Source: an uncultured Solirubrobacterales bacterium (GTDB lineage Bacteria; Actinomycetota; Thermoleophilia; Solirubrobacterales; 70-9). Taken from it: DNA of 64,000 bases. The position numbers and the translations under genes were made by a program. Location of the stretch: contig CAVUCL010000002.1 in the NCBI GenBank assembly GCA_963740055.1, positions 24,849 to 88,848 on the forward strand, in the 5' to 3' direction. Below, in pieces: positions 39,477 through 49,229 of this stretch (its first letter is position 1; every line of letters starts with the position of its first letter). The notes beneath the pieces were generated by a model, which saw only the letters and a program-made list of their open reading frames with translations, did not search any database and was not told the DNA's origin.

Positions 39477-40394
39477 CTACCGGGCCCGGGCGAGCTCGAG
39501 CGTGCGCTCGGCGAGCGCCCGGCGGCCCTCGGAGCCCTCCATCAGGGTCGGGCACTCGAGCACCTCGATGCCCTCGGGCGGCGGGTCCGGATCGCCCGCG
39601 TCGACGACCATCGCGTCGATCAGTCCGGCGTAGAGCGAGGCGACGCCGGCGGCGCTCACCGGGCGCCCGAGCGCGCTCAGGAAGGCGTCGGTGGGCCCCT
39701 TGACCGCCCGGCCGCCGACCAGCGGACTGACCGCGACGACCCTGCCCGGCGACGCCGCGATCGCCTCGCGCATTCCCGGGACGGCGAGGATCGGCCCGAT
39801 CGAGATCACCGGGTTCGACGGCCCCACGATCACCGCCTCGGCGACCGCGAGCGCCGCGAGCACCTCCTCAGTCGGCGTCGCGGCCGCGATCCCGTCGAGC
39901 TCGATCCCCTCGATCGGCGCCTCGCCGTGATCGAGGATCAGGAACTCCTGCAGCCCTCGCCAGCCGGCCGGGGTGCGCACCCGGGTGCGGACCGGCTGCT
40001 CGCACATCGGCAGCACCCGGGCGCGGGCGCCGAGAGCCCGCGCGATCTGCTCCTGGGCGGCGGTCAGGCTGCCGCCCTCGGCGCGGAAGTGGGTCCGGTA
40101 CAGGCAGCTCGCGAGGTCGCGGTCCGAGAGCCCGAACCAGTCCGGGGCGCCGAGCCGGACCAGCCGCTCGTGGACGACGAAGGCGTCGTCGCGGATTCCC
40201 CAGCCGCGCTGCTCGTCGATCTCGCCGGCGAGCCAGTAGGTGACCAGGTCGGGGTCGGGGGAGACGTGCAGCCCGTGGACCTCGACGTCGTCGGCGGTGT
40301 TGGCGATCACGGCCAGCTCCCCGCCGACTACGTCCTGGAGCCCCGCGGCGAGCTTGGCGCCGCCGGTGCCGCCGGCGAGGCAGACGACGCTCAT
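39477..40394 (-). CDS. cofD: 2-phospho-L-lactate transferase CofD/FbiA
   Basis: VVCLAGGTGGAKLAAGL...IANTADD.EVHGLHVSPDPD...WFGLSDRDLA...GPSNPVISIGPIL. Confidence 0.9.
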   Translation of the reverse strand: MSVVCLAGGTGGAKLAAGLQDVVGGELAVIANTADDVEVHGLHVSPDPDLVTYWLAGEIDEQRGWGIRDDAFVVHERLVRLGAPDWFGLSDRDLASCLYRTHFRAEGGSLTAAQEQIARALGARARVLPMCEQPVRTRVRTPAGWRGLQEFLILDHGEAPIEGIELDGIAAATPTEEVLAALAVAEAVIVGPSNPVISIGPILAVPGMREAIAASPGRVVAVSPLVGGRAVKGPTDAFLSALGRPVSAAGVASLYAGLIDAMVVDAGDPDPPPEGIEVLECPTLMEGSEGRRALAERTLELARAR

Positions 40395-40422
40395 CGTCCG
40401 CCCGTGGCGCCGAGCGCGGTCG

Positions 40423-41112
40423 TCATTCCCAGTGGTCGCCCTCGGGCAGGCCGGCGATCCTGATCCCGGCGTGTGTCTTGTAGCGGGCGTTGATCGAGAT
40501 CATCATCGGCGTCAGCTGCTCGACGATCCGCGCCATCTCGAGCGCGCCCGCGTTGACCGCGCGCAGACCCGGGATCGCCTCGATCAGCCGCGCGACCTGG
40601 GCCTTGTCGGCCTTGCGATCGCCGCAGAGCAGCACATCCTCGGCGAGCTCGGCGGCAGGGTCGGCGAGCGTCGGGGCGCTGACCGTGTGCAGCGCGGCGA
40701 CCACGGTGACGCCCTCGGGGACCATCTCCTGCGCCTGCTGGGCCGCCGAGCCCTGCCAGACGCCGAGCGAGCGGGTCGCCTTGCCGCTGACCGCGGCGGC
40801 GAGCGGGACCGTGCAGTCGACCAGGAGCTGGCCCGGCTCGAGCGCGTCGCGGAGGTTGGTCAGGTTCTCCGACTGGGCCCGGAACGGGACCGTGAGGAAG
40901 ACCACCGGCCCCTGCTTCGCCGCGTCCTCGTTGGCGAGGCCCTCGATCTCGGCGTCCGGGGCGAGCGCGGCGAGCTTGCTGGCGCTCTCCGCGGCGCGCT
41001 CGGGGCTGCGCGAGCCGATCGCCACCGCGCGGCCGGCGCGAGCCCAGCGCAGGGCGAGCCCGTAGCCGAGCGCGCCGGTGCCGCCGATGATCGGGATCGC
41101 TTCGCCGCTCAC
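40423..41112 (-). CDS. npdG: NADPH-dependent F420 reductase
   Basis: IPIIGGTGALGYGLALRWARAGRAVAIGSR...VFLTVPF...NAGALEMARIVEQLTPMMISIN. Confidence 0.85.
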   Translation of the reverse strand: MSGEAIPIIGGTGALGYGLALRWARAGRAVAIGSRSPERAAESASKLAALAPDAEIEGLANEDAAKQGPVVFLTVPFRAQSENLTNLRDALEPGQLLVDCTVPLAAAVSGKATRSLGVWQGSAAQQAQEMVPEGVTVVAALHTVSAPTLADPAAELAEDVLLCGDRKADKAQVARLIEAIPGLRAVNAGALEMARIVEQLTPMMISINARYKTHAGIRIAGLPEGDHWE

Positions 41113-41170
41113 GCGGGCGGCAGTCTAGATGCAGATGCCGTGGCGTCGGGGGCCATATGCTGCGCCGCGC

Positions 41171-41905
41171 ATGAGGCTCGAGGGACGCAAGGCGCTGGTC
41201 ACCGGCGGCGCGAGCGGGATCGGCGCCGCGATCGCGGCACGGCTCGCCGCCGAGGGCGCCGACGTGGTGATCGGCGACGTCAACACCGAGGGCGCCGCGC
41301 GGGTCGCGGCGGAGATCGGGGCGGCGACGAGCCAGCTCGACGTGACCAAGCCGCAGTCGGCGCGCGACGTCGTCGCCCAGCACGGCCCGTTCGCGATCCT
41401 GGTCAACAACGCGGGCACCGACGAGTTCGGGTTCTTCGCCGACACCGATCCCGGGATGTGGGAGCGGATCGTGGCGATCAACCTGACCGGCGTCTTCGCC
41501 TGCACCCACGCGGTGCTCCCGGGGATGCAGGAGGCCCGCTACGGGCGGATCGTCAACATCGCCTCGGAGGCGGGCCGCGTCGGCTCCAAGGGCTCCGCCG
41601 TGTACTCGGCCGCCAAGGGCGGCGTGATCGCGTTCACCAAGGTGCTCGCCCGCGAGGGGGCTCGGTTTCAGATCAACGCCAACGCGATCGCCCCGGGACC
41701 GATCGAGACCCCGTTGCTGATGGGCGCGCTCGAGTTCGGCGAGATCGGCGAGAAGATCATCGAGACGATGAAGCAGACGACCCAGCTCGGCCGCCTCGGC
41801 CAGCCGGAGGAGGTCGCGGCCGCGGCCGCCTTCCTCGCCTCCGACGACGCGTCCTACGTGACCGGCGAGACGCTCGGCGTCTCCGGCGGCCTCGGGATGG
41901 TCTGA
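41171..41905 (+). CDS. short-chain dehydrogenase/reductase (FabG-like)
   Basis: ATG at 41171: MRLEGRKALVTGGASGIGAAIA...NNAG...YSAAKGG...PGPIETP. Confidence 0.85.
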   Translation: MRLEGRKALVTGGASGIGAAIAARLAAEGADVVIGDVNTEGAARVAAEIGAATSQLDVTKPQSARDVVAQHGPFAILVNNAGTDEFGFFADTDPGMWERIVAINLTGVFACTHAVLPGMQEARYGRIVNIASEAGRVGSKGSAVYSAAKGGVIAFTKVLAREGARFQINANAIAPGPIETPLLMGALEFGEIGEKIIETMKQTTQLGRLGQPEEVAAAAAFLASDDASYVTGETLGVSGGLGMV

Positions 41906-41946
41906 GGGGCGAATCGCGCACGGTTGAGGGCCCTAACCTCCGTCAG

Positions 41947-42861
41947 ATGAGCGAGTTGCCGCGAGCCGTCCAGATTCGCGAGGTCGGGCCCCGAGACGGG
42001 TTTCAGAACGAGCCCGAGGTGATCCCGACGGCGGAGAAGCTGCGCCTGATCGGGATGCTCGCCGACGCCGGCCTGCGCCGGGTCGAGGTCGCCTCATTCG
42101 TCCGGGCCGACGTGATCCCGCAGCTCGCCGACGCCGAGCAGGTGCTCGCTGCGCTTGAGCCTCGCGACGAGGTCGCCTACTCGGTCCTGATCCCGAACGA
42201 GCGCGGGCTCGAGCGCGCGCTCGAGCATCGCGAGCGCTTCCAGGAGGTCAACCTCTTCCTCTCCGCGTCGGAGACCCACAACCGCCGCAACGTCAACCGC
42301 TCGATCGCCGAGTCGCTCGCCGGCCTCGAGCGCGTGATCGAAGGTGCGGGCGAGGCCGGCCTGCGCTGCGAGGGCGTGATCTCAACCAGCTTCGGCTGTC
42401 CCTACGAAGGCGCCGTGCCGCTCGAGCGCGTGCTCGAGATCGCCGGCCGGCTCGCGGCGGCGGGCTGTGAGGAGATCGCCTTCGGCGACACGACCGGGAT
42501 GGCCAACCCGCGCCAGGTGGGCGAGTTCTTCGCCGCCGCGAGCGACAAGCTCGGCTCGGTCGAGCTGACCGCGCACTTCCACAACACCCGCGGCCAGGGG
42601 CTCGCGAACGTGCTCGCCGCACTGCAGGCGGGGGTGACCTCGTTCGAGTCCGCATTCGGCGAGCTCGGCGGTTGCCCGGTCCCGCCCGGTTCGACCGGCA
42701 ACATCTCGACCGAGGACCTGGTTTCGATGCTCGAGGAGATGGGAATCGCGACCGGCGTCGACCTACCGGCGCTGATCGCCGCCTCGGCCGCGGTTCAGGA
42801 GCAGCTCGGTCGACCGCTCGGAGCCCACGTGCTCACCGCGGGGCCGGTCGACTGGAGGTAG
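41947..42861 (+). CDS. hydroxymethylglutaryl-CoA lyase
   Basis: Internal ATG of ORF 40240..42861: VQIREVGPRDGFQNE...FVRADVIPQ...HFHNTRGQGLANVLAALQAG...GELGGCP...GNISTEDLV. Confidence 0.85.
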   Translation: MSELPRAVQIREVGPRDGFQNEPEVIPTAEKLRLIGMLADAGLRRVEVASFVRADVIPQLADAEQVLAALEPRDEVAYSVLIPNERGLERALEHRERFQEVNLFLSASETHNRRNVNRSIAESLAGLERVIEGAGEAGLRCEGVISTSFGCPYEGAVPLERVLEIAGRLAAAGCEEIAFGDTTGMANPRQVGEFFAAASDKLGSVELTAHFHNTRGQGLANVLAALQAGVTSFESAFGELGGCPVPPGSTGNISTEDLVSMLEEMGIATGVDLPALIAASAAVQEQLGRPLGAHVLTAGPVDWR

Positions 42862-42862
42862 C

Positions 42863-43261
42863 GTGTCCGGTATGCGCAGCGACAGATTCCGCGCCGCCGC
42901 GGAGGCGAAGGACTTCTCCGCCGTCGACGAGCTCTTCGCCCCCGACGCCGTCTTTCGCAGCCCGGTCGTCTTCAAGCCCTACGAGGGCCGCGACGCGTTG
43001 CGGCTGATCCTCGGCGCGGTGGTCCAGGTGTTCGAGGACTTCCGTTACATCGAGCAGGTCGAGACCGACGACACCGCGGTGCTCGTGTTCGAGGCGCGGG
43101 TGGGCGAGCGCGAGCTCCAGGGCGTCGATGTGCTGCGCTTCGGCGACGGGGACCAGATCGCCGAGCTGATCGTGATGGTGCGACCGATGAGCGGGATGCA
43201 CGCGCTCGCCGAGCGGATGCGCGAGCTGCTCGAGGCGGCGGGCCCCGCTACCCGGGCTTGA
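42863..43261 (+). CDS. NTF2/SnoaL-like protein
   Basis: FAPDAVFRSPVVFKPYEGRDALRLILGAVVQVFEDFRY...VDVLRFGDGDQIAELIVMVRP. Confidence 0.5.
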   Translation: MSGMRSDRFRAAAEAKDFSAVDELFAPDAVFRSPVVFKPYEGRDALRLILGAVVQVFEDFRYIEQVETDDTAVLVFEARVGERELQGVDVLRFGDGDQIAELIVMVRPMSGMHALAERMRELLEAAGPATRA

Positions 43262-43809
43262 CGGGGTCGCGGCTCGAGGTCGCCGTTCGCCGGGCCCGTA
43301 TCGGCGACGCCGACGAGCTCGCCGAGACCGCTATCGAGGCCTGGCGCGAGGGCTTTCGCGGGATCGTCCCGGAGCGGGTCGACCCGCGCGACGCCTGGCG
43401 CCCGGCGCGGATCGCCGACCGGATCGCGGCCGGCGACCGGCGTGACGACGCGATCCTCGCCGCGGTCGTCGACGGATCCGTTCGCGGTCTCGTGCTCCAG
43501 GGGCCGAGCCGGGACGCCGACGCTCTGATCGCCGAGGGCGAGATCGTCGCCCTCTACGTGCACCCGGACAACTGGCGCCAGGGGATCGGCCGAGCGCTGG
43601 TCGAGGCGGCGCTGGGCGACCTCGAGCGGACCGGTCACGAGCGGGCGATCGTCTGGACGCTCGCCGATAGCCCGCGGAACCTGGCCTTCTACGAGGCGGT
43701 CGGGTTCCGGCGCGATGGCGCCACCCAGCGCCGACCCAGCTTCGGGAGCCCGCTCGAGGTCCGCTTCCGGATCGACCTGAGTGCTCGTGACGAGTCCGGC
43801 TACCGGTAG
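43258..43809 (+). CDS. GNAT family N-acetyltransferase
   Basis: IVALYVHPDNWRQGIGRALVEAALGDLERTGHERAIVWTLADSPRNLAFYEAVGFRRDG. Confidence 0.8.
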   Translation: MTGSRLEVAVRRARIGDADELAETAIEAWREGFRGIVPERVDPRDAWRPARIADRIAAGDRRDDAILAAVVDGSVRGLVLQGPSRDADALIAEGEIVALYVHPDNWRQGIGRALVEAALGDLERTGHERAIVWTLADSPRNLAFYEAVGFRRDGATQRRPSFGSPLEVRFRIDLSARDESGYR

Positions 43810-43852
43810 GGTCCGCGGCCCTTTTCCCCCAACTCAAGGACGCGACACAGAG

Positions 43853-44737
43853 ATGGAGATCGGCAAGGTAGGAGTCGTCGGCTGCGGCCTCATGGGCCAC
43901 GGGATCGCGCAGATCTGCGCCCAGGCCGGCTGGGAGGTCGTCGTCCGCGAGGCCGACCAGGAGGCCCTCGACAAGGGGATGGCGAAGATCAGCAAGCAGC
44001 TCGACCGCGCGGTCGAGCGCGGCAAGCTCGAGCGTGCGGACGCGGACGCGACCGGCGATCGGATCACGGCGACGGTGGACTATGCCGAGCTCGCCGAGTG
44101 CGACCTCGTGATCGAGGCGATCGTCGAGGATCTCGAGGCGAAGCTCGAGATGTGGCGTCAGGTCGACGAGATCGTCAAGCCGGAGGCCTTCTTCGCCACC
44201 AACACCTCATCGCTCGCGGTCGCCGACCAGGCCGCCGCGACCTCGCGCCCGGAGCGCTTCCTCGGCCTGCACTTCTTCAACCCGGCGCAGGTGATGCCGC
44301 TGCTCGAGGTGGTTCGCGCCGAGTCGACCTCGGATGAGGCCGCCGAGCTCGGCTTCGCGCTCGGCGAGAAGCTCGGCAAGACGACCGTCGCCGCGGGCGA
44401 CAACCGCGGCTTCATCGTCAACCGGCTCCTGGTCCCGTACATGCTCGACGCGATCCGCGCCCACGAGCAGGGGGTGGGTTCGGTCGAGGACATCGACCGC
44501 GGGATGATCGCCGGCGCCAGCCACCCGATGGGCCCGTTGACGCTCGCCGACTTCGTCGGCCTCGACACGCTCGCCTCGATCGCCGACGTGATGGTCGACG
44601 CATACGGCGAGGACCGCTTCGCGCAGCCGCAGACGCTGCGCGACCTCGTCGCCGCCGGTCATTACGGCCGCAAGAGCGGCCGCGGCTTCTACGACTACTC
44701 CGGCGAGAAGCCGGTTGCGGTCGACCCGAGCGCGTAG
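43853..44737 (+). CDS. hbd: 3-hydroxybutyryl-CoA dehydrogenase
   Basis: ATG at 43853: KVGVVGCGLMGHGIAQ...TNTSSL...GLHFFNPAQVMPLLEV...GFIVNRLLVPY...HPMGPLTLADFVGLD. Confidence 0.9.
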   Translation: MEIGKVGVVGCGLMGHGIAQICAQAGWEVVVREADQEALDKGMAKISKQLDRAVERGKLERADADATGDRITATVDYAELAECDLVIEAIVEDLEAKLEMWRQVDEIVKPEAFFATNTSSLAVADQAAATSRPERFLGLHFFNPAQVMPLLEVVRAESTSDEAAELGFALGEKLGKTTVAAGDNRGFIVNRLLVPYMLDAIRAHEQGVGSVEDIDRGMIAGASHPMGPLTLADFVGLDTLASIADVMVDAYGEDRFAQPQTLRDLVAAGHYGRKSGRGFYDYSGEKPVAVDPSA

Positions 44738-44810
44738 GCGCGGGCAAACGATCTCGGTACCCTCGGCGGGGTCGGGGGCCATCCGGAGCAGGTTTCGAGG
44801 AGGAACGGCA

Positions 44811-45578
44811 ATGGATCAAGACTCGGTCGAGCGGATCAGGAGCGCGAGCTTCTCGCACGCCCGCCGCGGCTACGACGCGCGCGAGGTGGACGGCTTCCTC
44901 GGCGAGCTCGCCGACTGGCTCGAGACCGGTGGTGGCGACGAGGCCCGTTCGGACCTCCTGCGGGGCGAGCTCGCGCGGATCGGCGAGCAGACGGGCGCGA
45001 TCCTCACCGATGCTCACGACGTCGCCGCGAGCATGCGTGAGGAGGCCGAGCTCGAGGTCCGCCGCCAGCTCGCCGAGGTCAACCTGAAGGCGGAGGCGAT
45101 CCGCGGCGCCGCCGAGGAATACGCCGACGAGACCCGCGGGCAGGCCGAGGCGCACTCGCGCCGTGTGCGCGCCGAGGCCGACGAGTATGAGGCGGCGACC
45201 CGGGCGGAGACCGACGAGCAGGCCGAGGCGACCCGTGCCGCCGCGAGCGAGTACGCCGCCGGCGTTCGCACGGCGGCCGACGCCGAGGCGACCGAGGCTC
45301 GTGAGCAGGCGGAGCGCGAGGCGGAGCGGATCGTCGCCGACGCGACGAAGCGAAAGCGCGACATCGAGTCGGTGATCTCCGACCTCGAGGAGCGCCATGA
45401 CGCCGTCGTTGCCGAGCTCGAGCGGCTCGCGAGCGGGATCACGGGCGCCGCCCAGCACCGGGCCGGCGAGCCCAAGGAGGCGGGCGCCGGCGAGGGCGAG
45501 GCCGGCGAGCAGGAGACCGAGGAGAGCGAGCCCGAGCCCGAGACCGCGCGGGCGAAGGCGCGCCAGAGCGCCGACTGA
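44811..45578 (+). CDS. DivIVA-domain protein with long acidic Ala/Glu repeat region
   Basis: ATG at 44811 after GAGGAGG. IRSASFSHARRGYDAREVDGFLGELADWLE is the DivIVA N-terminal motif, followed by AE-rich coiled coil. Confidence 0.7.
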   Translation: MDQDSVERIRSASFSHARRGYDAREVDGFLGELADWLETGGGDEARSDLLRGELARIGEQTGAILTDAHDVAASMREEAELEVRRQLAEVNLKAEAIRGAAEEYADETRGQAEAHSRRVRAEADEYEAATRAETDEQAEATRAAASEYAAGVRTAADAEATEAREQAEREAERIVADATKRKRDIESVISDLEERHDAVVAELERLASGITGAAQHRAGEPKEAGAGEGEAGEQETEESEPEPETARAKARQSAD

Positions 45579-45583
45579 GGCGA

Positions 45584-47119
45584 ATGGCGACCGACTCCCG
45601 AAGCGGGTTCTCGGAGGCGGTCGAGGCCGCGCTCGGCGGCGGTCCCGAGCGCCATCACGCAAAGACCGCCGAGCAGGGCAAGCTCGGGGTGCGCGAGCGG
45701 GTTGAGCGCTTCGTCGACGCGGATTCGTTCGCCGAGGAGGGCCTGCTGGCGAACTGGGAGCGCGAGGGCCTCGGTGCCGACGGCGTCGTCACCGGGTTGG
45801 CGCGAGTCGCCGGGCGGCGGATCGCCCTGATGGCCAACGACCCGACCGTGAAGGCGGGTTCGTGGGGCCCGAAGACGGTCGAGAAGATCCTCCGGATCCA
45901 GGAGCGGGCGCTGGCGCTCGAGCTGCCGATGATCTACATGGTCGACTCCGCCGGCGCGCGAATCACCGATCAGGTGCAGATGTTCCCGGGGCGCCGCGGC
46001 GCGGGGCGGATCTTCCACAACGAGGTCAAGCTCTCGGGGCGCGTGCCGCAGGTCTGCCTGCTGTTCGGGCCCTCGGCCGCCGGGGGCGCCTACATCCCCG
46101 CCTTCTGCGACGTCGTGATCATGCGCGAGGGCAACGCCTCGATGTACCTCGGATCGCCGCGGATGGCCGAGATGGTGATCGGGGAGAAGGTCACGCTCGA
46201 GGAGATGGGCGGGGCGAAGATGCACACCGGCGTCTCCGGCTGCGGGCACTTCCTCGTCGAATCCGACGCCGAGGCGATCGACGTCGCGAAGCGCTACCTC
46301 GGCTACATGCCCTCCAACTGGCGCGAGTCGCCGCCCGCGGCGCCGCCGGGCGACGCGGGGGGCCAGCGCGTGGTCTCCGAGATCGTGCCCGCCGACGAGA
46401 AGACCCCGTTCGACGTCAAGGAGCTGATCGAGGCGGTCTGCGACGACGGCTCGTTCTGTGAGGTGCACGCGCGCTGGGCGCGCGAGCTGGTCGTCGGCTA
46501 CGCGCGGTTGGACGGGCGCGCGATCGGGATCGTCGCGAACCAGCCGAAGTACAAGGGCGGGGTCCTGTTCGTCGACTCCGCCGACAAGGCGGCGCGGTTC
46601 ATCATGACCTGCAACGCCTTCAATCTGCCGCTGCTGTTCCTCGCCGACGTGCCCGGGTTCATGATCGGAACCGAGGTCGAGCGCCAGGGGATCATCCGTC
46701 ACGGCGCGAAGATGGTCAGCGCCGTCTCCGAGGCGACGGTGCCGAAGCTCTCCGTGATCGTGCGCAAGGCCTACGGCGCCGGCCTCTACGCGATGGCGGG
46801 CCCGGCGTTCGAGCCCGACGGCTGCATCGCCCTGCCGGGTGCCACGATCGCGGTCATGGGCCCGGAGGCGGCGATCAACGCCGTCTTCTTCAACCAGATC
46901 CAGGCGATCGAGGACGAGGCCGAGCGCGAGCGGTTCGTGAGCGAGAAGCGCGACGAGTACTCGGCCGACATCGACATCCTCCACCTCGCCTCGGAGATGG
47001 TCGTCGACGCGATCGTCGAGCCCGACGACCTGCGCGCCGACCTGATCCGCCGCTTCGGGCACGCCGAGTCCAAGCGCCGCGACTTCTCCGAGCGCCGCAA
47101 CCCGATCACGCCCGCCTGA
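45584..47119 (+). CDS. acyl-CoA carboxylase carboxyltransferase (beta) subunit
   Basis: 511 aa: MANDPTVKAGSWGPKTVEKI...DSAGARI...GPSAAGGAYIPAFCD...ANQPKYKGGVLFVDSADKAARFI. Substrate (propionyl- or methylcrotonyl-CoA) not assignable. Confidence 0.9.
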   Translation: MATDSRSGFSEAVEAALGGGPERHHAKTAEQGKLGVRERVERFVDADSFAEEGLLANWEREGLGADGVVTGLARVAGRRIALMANDPTVKAGSWGPKTVEKILRIQERALALELPMIYMVDSAGARITDQVQMFPGRRGAGRIFHNEVKLSGRVPQVCLLFGPSAAGGAYIPAFCDVVIMREGNASMYLGSPRMAEMVIGEKVTLEEMGGAKMHTGVSGCGHFLVESDAEAIDVAKRYLGYMPSNWRESPPAAPPGDAGGQRVVSEIVPADEKTPFDVKELIEAVCDDGSFCEVHARWARELVVGYARLDGRAIGIVANQPKYKGGVLFVDSADKAARFIMTCNAFNLPLLFLADVPGFMIGTEVERQGIIRHGAKMVSAVSEATVPKLSVIVRKAYGAGLYAMAGPAFEPDGCIALPGATIAVMGPEAAINAVFFNQIQAIEDEAERERFVSEKRDEYSADIDILHLASEMVVDAIVEPDDLRADLIRRFGHAESKRRDFSERRNPITPA

Positions 47120-47132
47120 GCGGCCCGGCGCG

Positions 47133-47888
47133 CTAGTCCGCGAGCGTCAGCCGCGCGATCGCGACCAGCCCGACGGCGACGATCAACGCGCGGAGGACGT
47201 TCGGCTCCAGCCGGCGCCCGTAGCGCGCTCCGAGGGCTCCGCCGGCGGTCGATCCGGCGGCGATCAGGCCCGCCACCGCCCAGTCGACCTCGGCGGCGAC
47301 GACGAAGACGAGCCCGGCGGTCAGGTTGACGAGCCCGGCGAGCACGTTCTTGAGCGCGTTCACGCGCTGCAGGGCGTCGCCGAGCGCGATCCCGAGGATG
47401 CCGATCAAGAGGATCCCCTGGCCGGCGCCGAAGTAGCCGCCGTAGACACCGGAGGCGGTGACCGCGAGTCGCAGCCCCGGGCCGCGCTCGTGCTCGGGGC
47501 GCCGGCGCTCGGCGAGCACGCGCTCGAGCCGCGGCTGGGCGACCACGAGCGCGAGCGCGAGCGCGATCAGCGCCGGGACGATCGCGTCGAACGCCGACGC
47601 GGGCAGGCTCAGCAGCAGCACGGCCCCCGCGAGGCCGCCGGCGACCGAGGCGATCCCGAGCCCGACCGCGCGCCGGCGCTGGCCGGCGAGCTCGCGCCGG
47701 TAGCCGATCGCCCCGGTGAGCGCACCGGGCACGAGCCCGATGTTGTTGGAGACGTTGGCGATCAGCGGCTGATAGCCGAGCGCGACGAGGACCGGGAAGG
47801 TGATCAGGGTGCCGCTGCCGACGACCGCGTTGATCGCCCCGGCCGCGAGGCCGGCGAGCGCGATGGCGAGCGCCTCGAGCGGATCCAT
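47133..47888 (-). CDS. TauE/SafE family sulfite/anion exporter
   Basis: ATG at 47888: MDPLEALAIALAGLAAGAINAVVGSGTLITFPVLVALGY... About 8 TM helices with a duplicated motif. Confidence 0.85.
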   Translation of the reverse strand: MDPLEALAIALAGLAAGAINAVVGSGTLITFPVLVALGYQPLIANVSNNIGLVPGALTGAIGYRRELAGQRRRAVGLGIASVAGGLAGAVLLLSLPASAFDAIVPALIALALALVVAQPRLERVLAERRRPEHERGPGLRLAVTASGVYGGYFGAGQGILLIGILGIALGDALQRVNALKNVLAGLVNLTAGLVFVVAAEVDWAVAGLIAAGSTAGGALGARYGRRLEPNVLRALIVAVGLVAIARLTLAD

Positions 47889-47959
47889 GGAGGCGCGCCA
47901 GGGTATCCGGACCGAGGACCGCGAGCCGAGCGGAGCGGGACGTCGCATACGCTTTCCGC

Positions 47960-49213
47960 GTGGGCCTGGCGATCACCGACGCGACTCTGGACGGGGTCGC
48001 GGTGGGCCTGCGATGCGAGCGCGGCGTGATCGCCGAGCTCGGCCCGGATGTCGTCGCGGAGCCCGGCGATGAGCGGCTCGATGGCGCCGGGATGGCGCTG
48101 GTTCCCGGGCTCGTGAACGCGCATACGCACGCGGCGATGACGCTGTTTCGCGGCTTTGCCGACGACCTGCCGCTGATGGAGTGGCTCGAGGGCCACATCT
48201 GGCCGGTCGAGAAGCGGATGGACGACGACGACGTCTATTGGGGGACGAGGCTCGCCTGCGTCGAGATGATCCGCTCGGGCACGACCTGCTTCTGGGACAT
48301 GTACTGGCACGCGCACGCGACCGCGCGCGCGGTCGAGGACGCCGGCCTGCGCGCGGTCACCGCCGCGCCGCTGATCGACGACGCCGACCCCGAGAAGTCC
48401 GAGCGCGCCTGCTCCGACGCCGAGCGCAGCCTGACGCTGATCGACGAGGCCGGTGGCGAGATGGCGAGGCCCGGCTTCGCCCCGCACGCGATCTACTCGG
48501 TCAGCGAGCGCTCGCTGCGCTGGGTCGCCGAGCGCGCGGCGGCGCTCGAGATCTCGGTCCAGATCCACCTCTCGGAGACCGAGGAGGAGGTCGAGGCGTG
48601 CGTCGCCGAGCGCGGCGAGCGCCCCGCCCACTACCTCGATCGCGTCGGCCTGCTCGGCCCGAGCACCGTGCTCGCCCACGGTTGCTGGCTCGATCGCTCG
48701 GAGCTCGAGCTGATCGCCGAGCGTGGGGCGACGATCGCCACCAACCCGGTCGCGAACCTGAAGCTGGCGGTCGGCCGGGTGTTCCCCTACGGCGACGCGC
48801 GGGCGGCCGGGGCGGCGGTCGGGCTCGGGACCGACGGACCGGGCTCGAACAACTCGCTCAACCTGCTCGCGGACGCGAAGACGTTCGCGCTGCTGCAGAA
48901 GAACGAGGCCCGCGACCCGGCCGCGGTGACCGCGGGCGAGGTGCTCGAGATCGCCGCCGGGCGCAGGTCGCCGCTGCTCGGTGGGCGAGCGCTGGAGCGC
49001 GGCGCGCCGGCAGACTTCCTGCTCGTGCGCACCGACTCGCCCGAGCTCGCGATGGGCACGCTCGAGGCCGGTCTCGTCTACGCCTCCGAGGGGGCGGGGA
49101 TCGACACAACCGTGGTCGCCGGCAGGGTGCTGATGCGCGCGGGCGCGGTCGAGGGAGCCGGCGAGGTCGTCGCCCGCGCGCGCGAGCGGGCCGCTCGGCT
49201 CGGCCTTCGCTGA
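47960..49213 (+). CDS. amidohydrolase, MtaD-like nucleoside/aminopurine deaminase family
   Basis: LVPGLVNAHTHAAMTLFRG..DDLPLMEWL...HLSET.EE...HG.WL...NPVANLKL...GLGTDG.GSNNSL. Confidence 0.8.
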   Translation: MGLAITDATLDGVAVGLRCERGVIAELGPDVVAEPGDERLDGAGMALVPGLVNAHTHAAMTLFRGFADDLPLMEWLEGHIWPVEKRMDDDDVYWGTRLACVEMIRSGTTCFWDMYWHAHATARAVEDAGLRAVTAAPLIDDADPEKSERACSDAERSLTLIDEAGGEMARPGFAPHAIYSVSERSLRWVAERAAALEISVQIHLSETEEEVEACVAERGERPAHYLDRVGLLGPSTVLAHGCWLDRSELELIAERGATIATNPVANLKLAVGRVFPYGDARAAGAAVGLGTDGPGSNNSLNLLADAKTFALLQKNEARDPAAVTAGEVLEIAAGRRSPLLGGRALERGAPADFLLVRTDSPELAMGTLEAGLVYASEGAGIDTTVVAGRVLMRAGAVEGAGEVVARARERAARLGLR

Positions 49214-49229
49214 GCCCGCGGCGCCTCCG

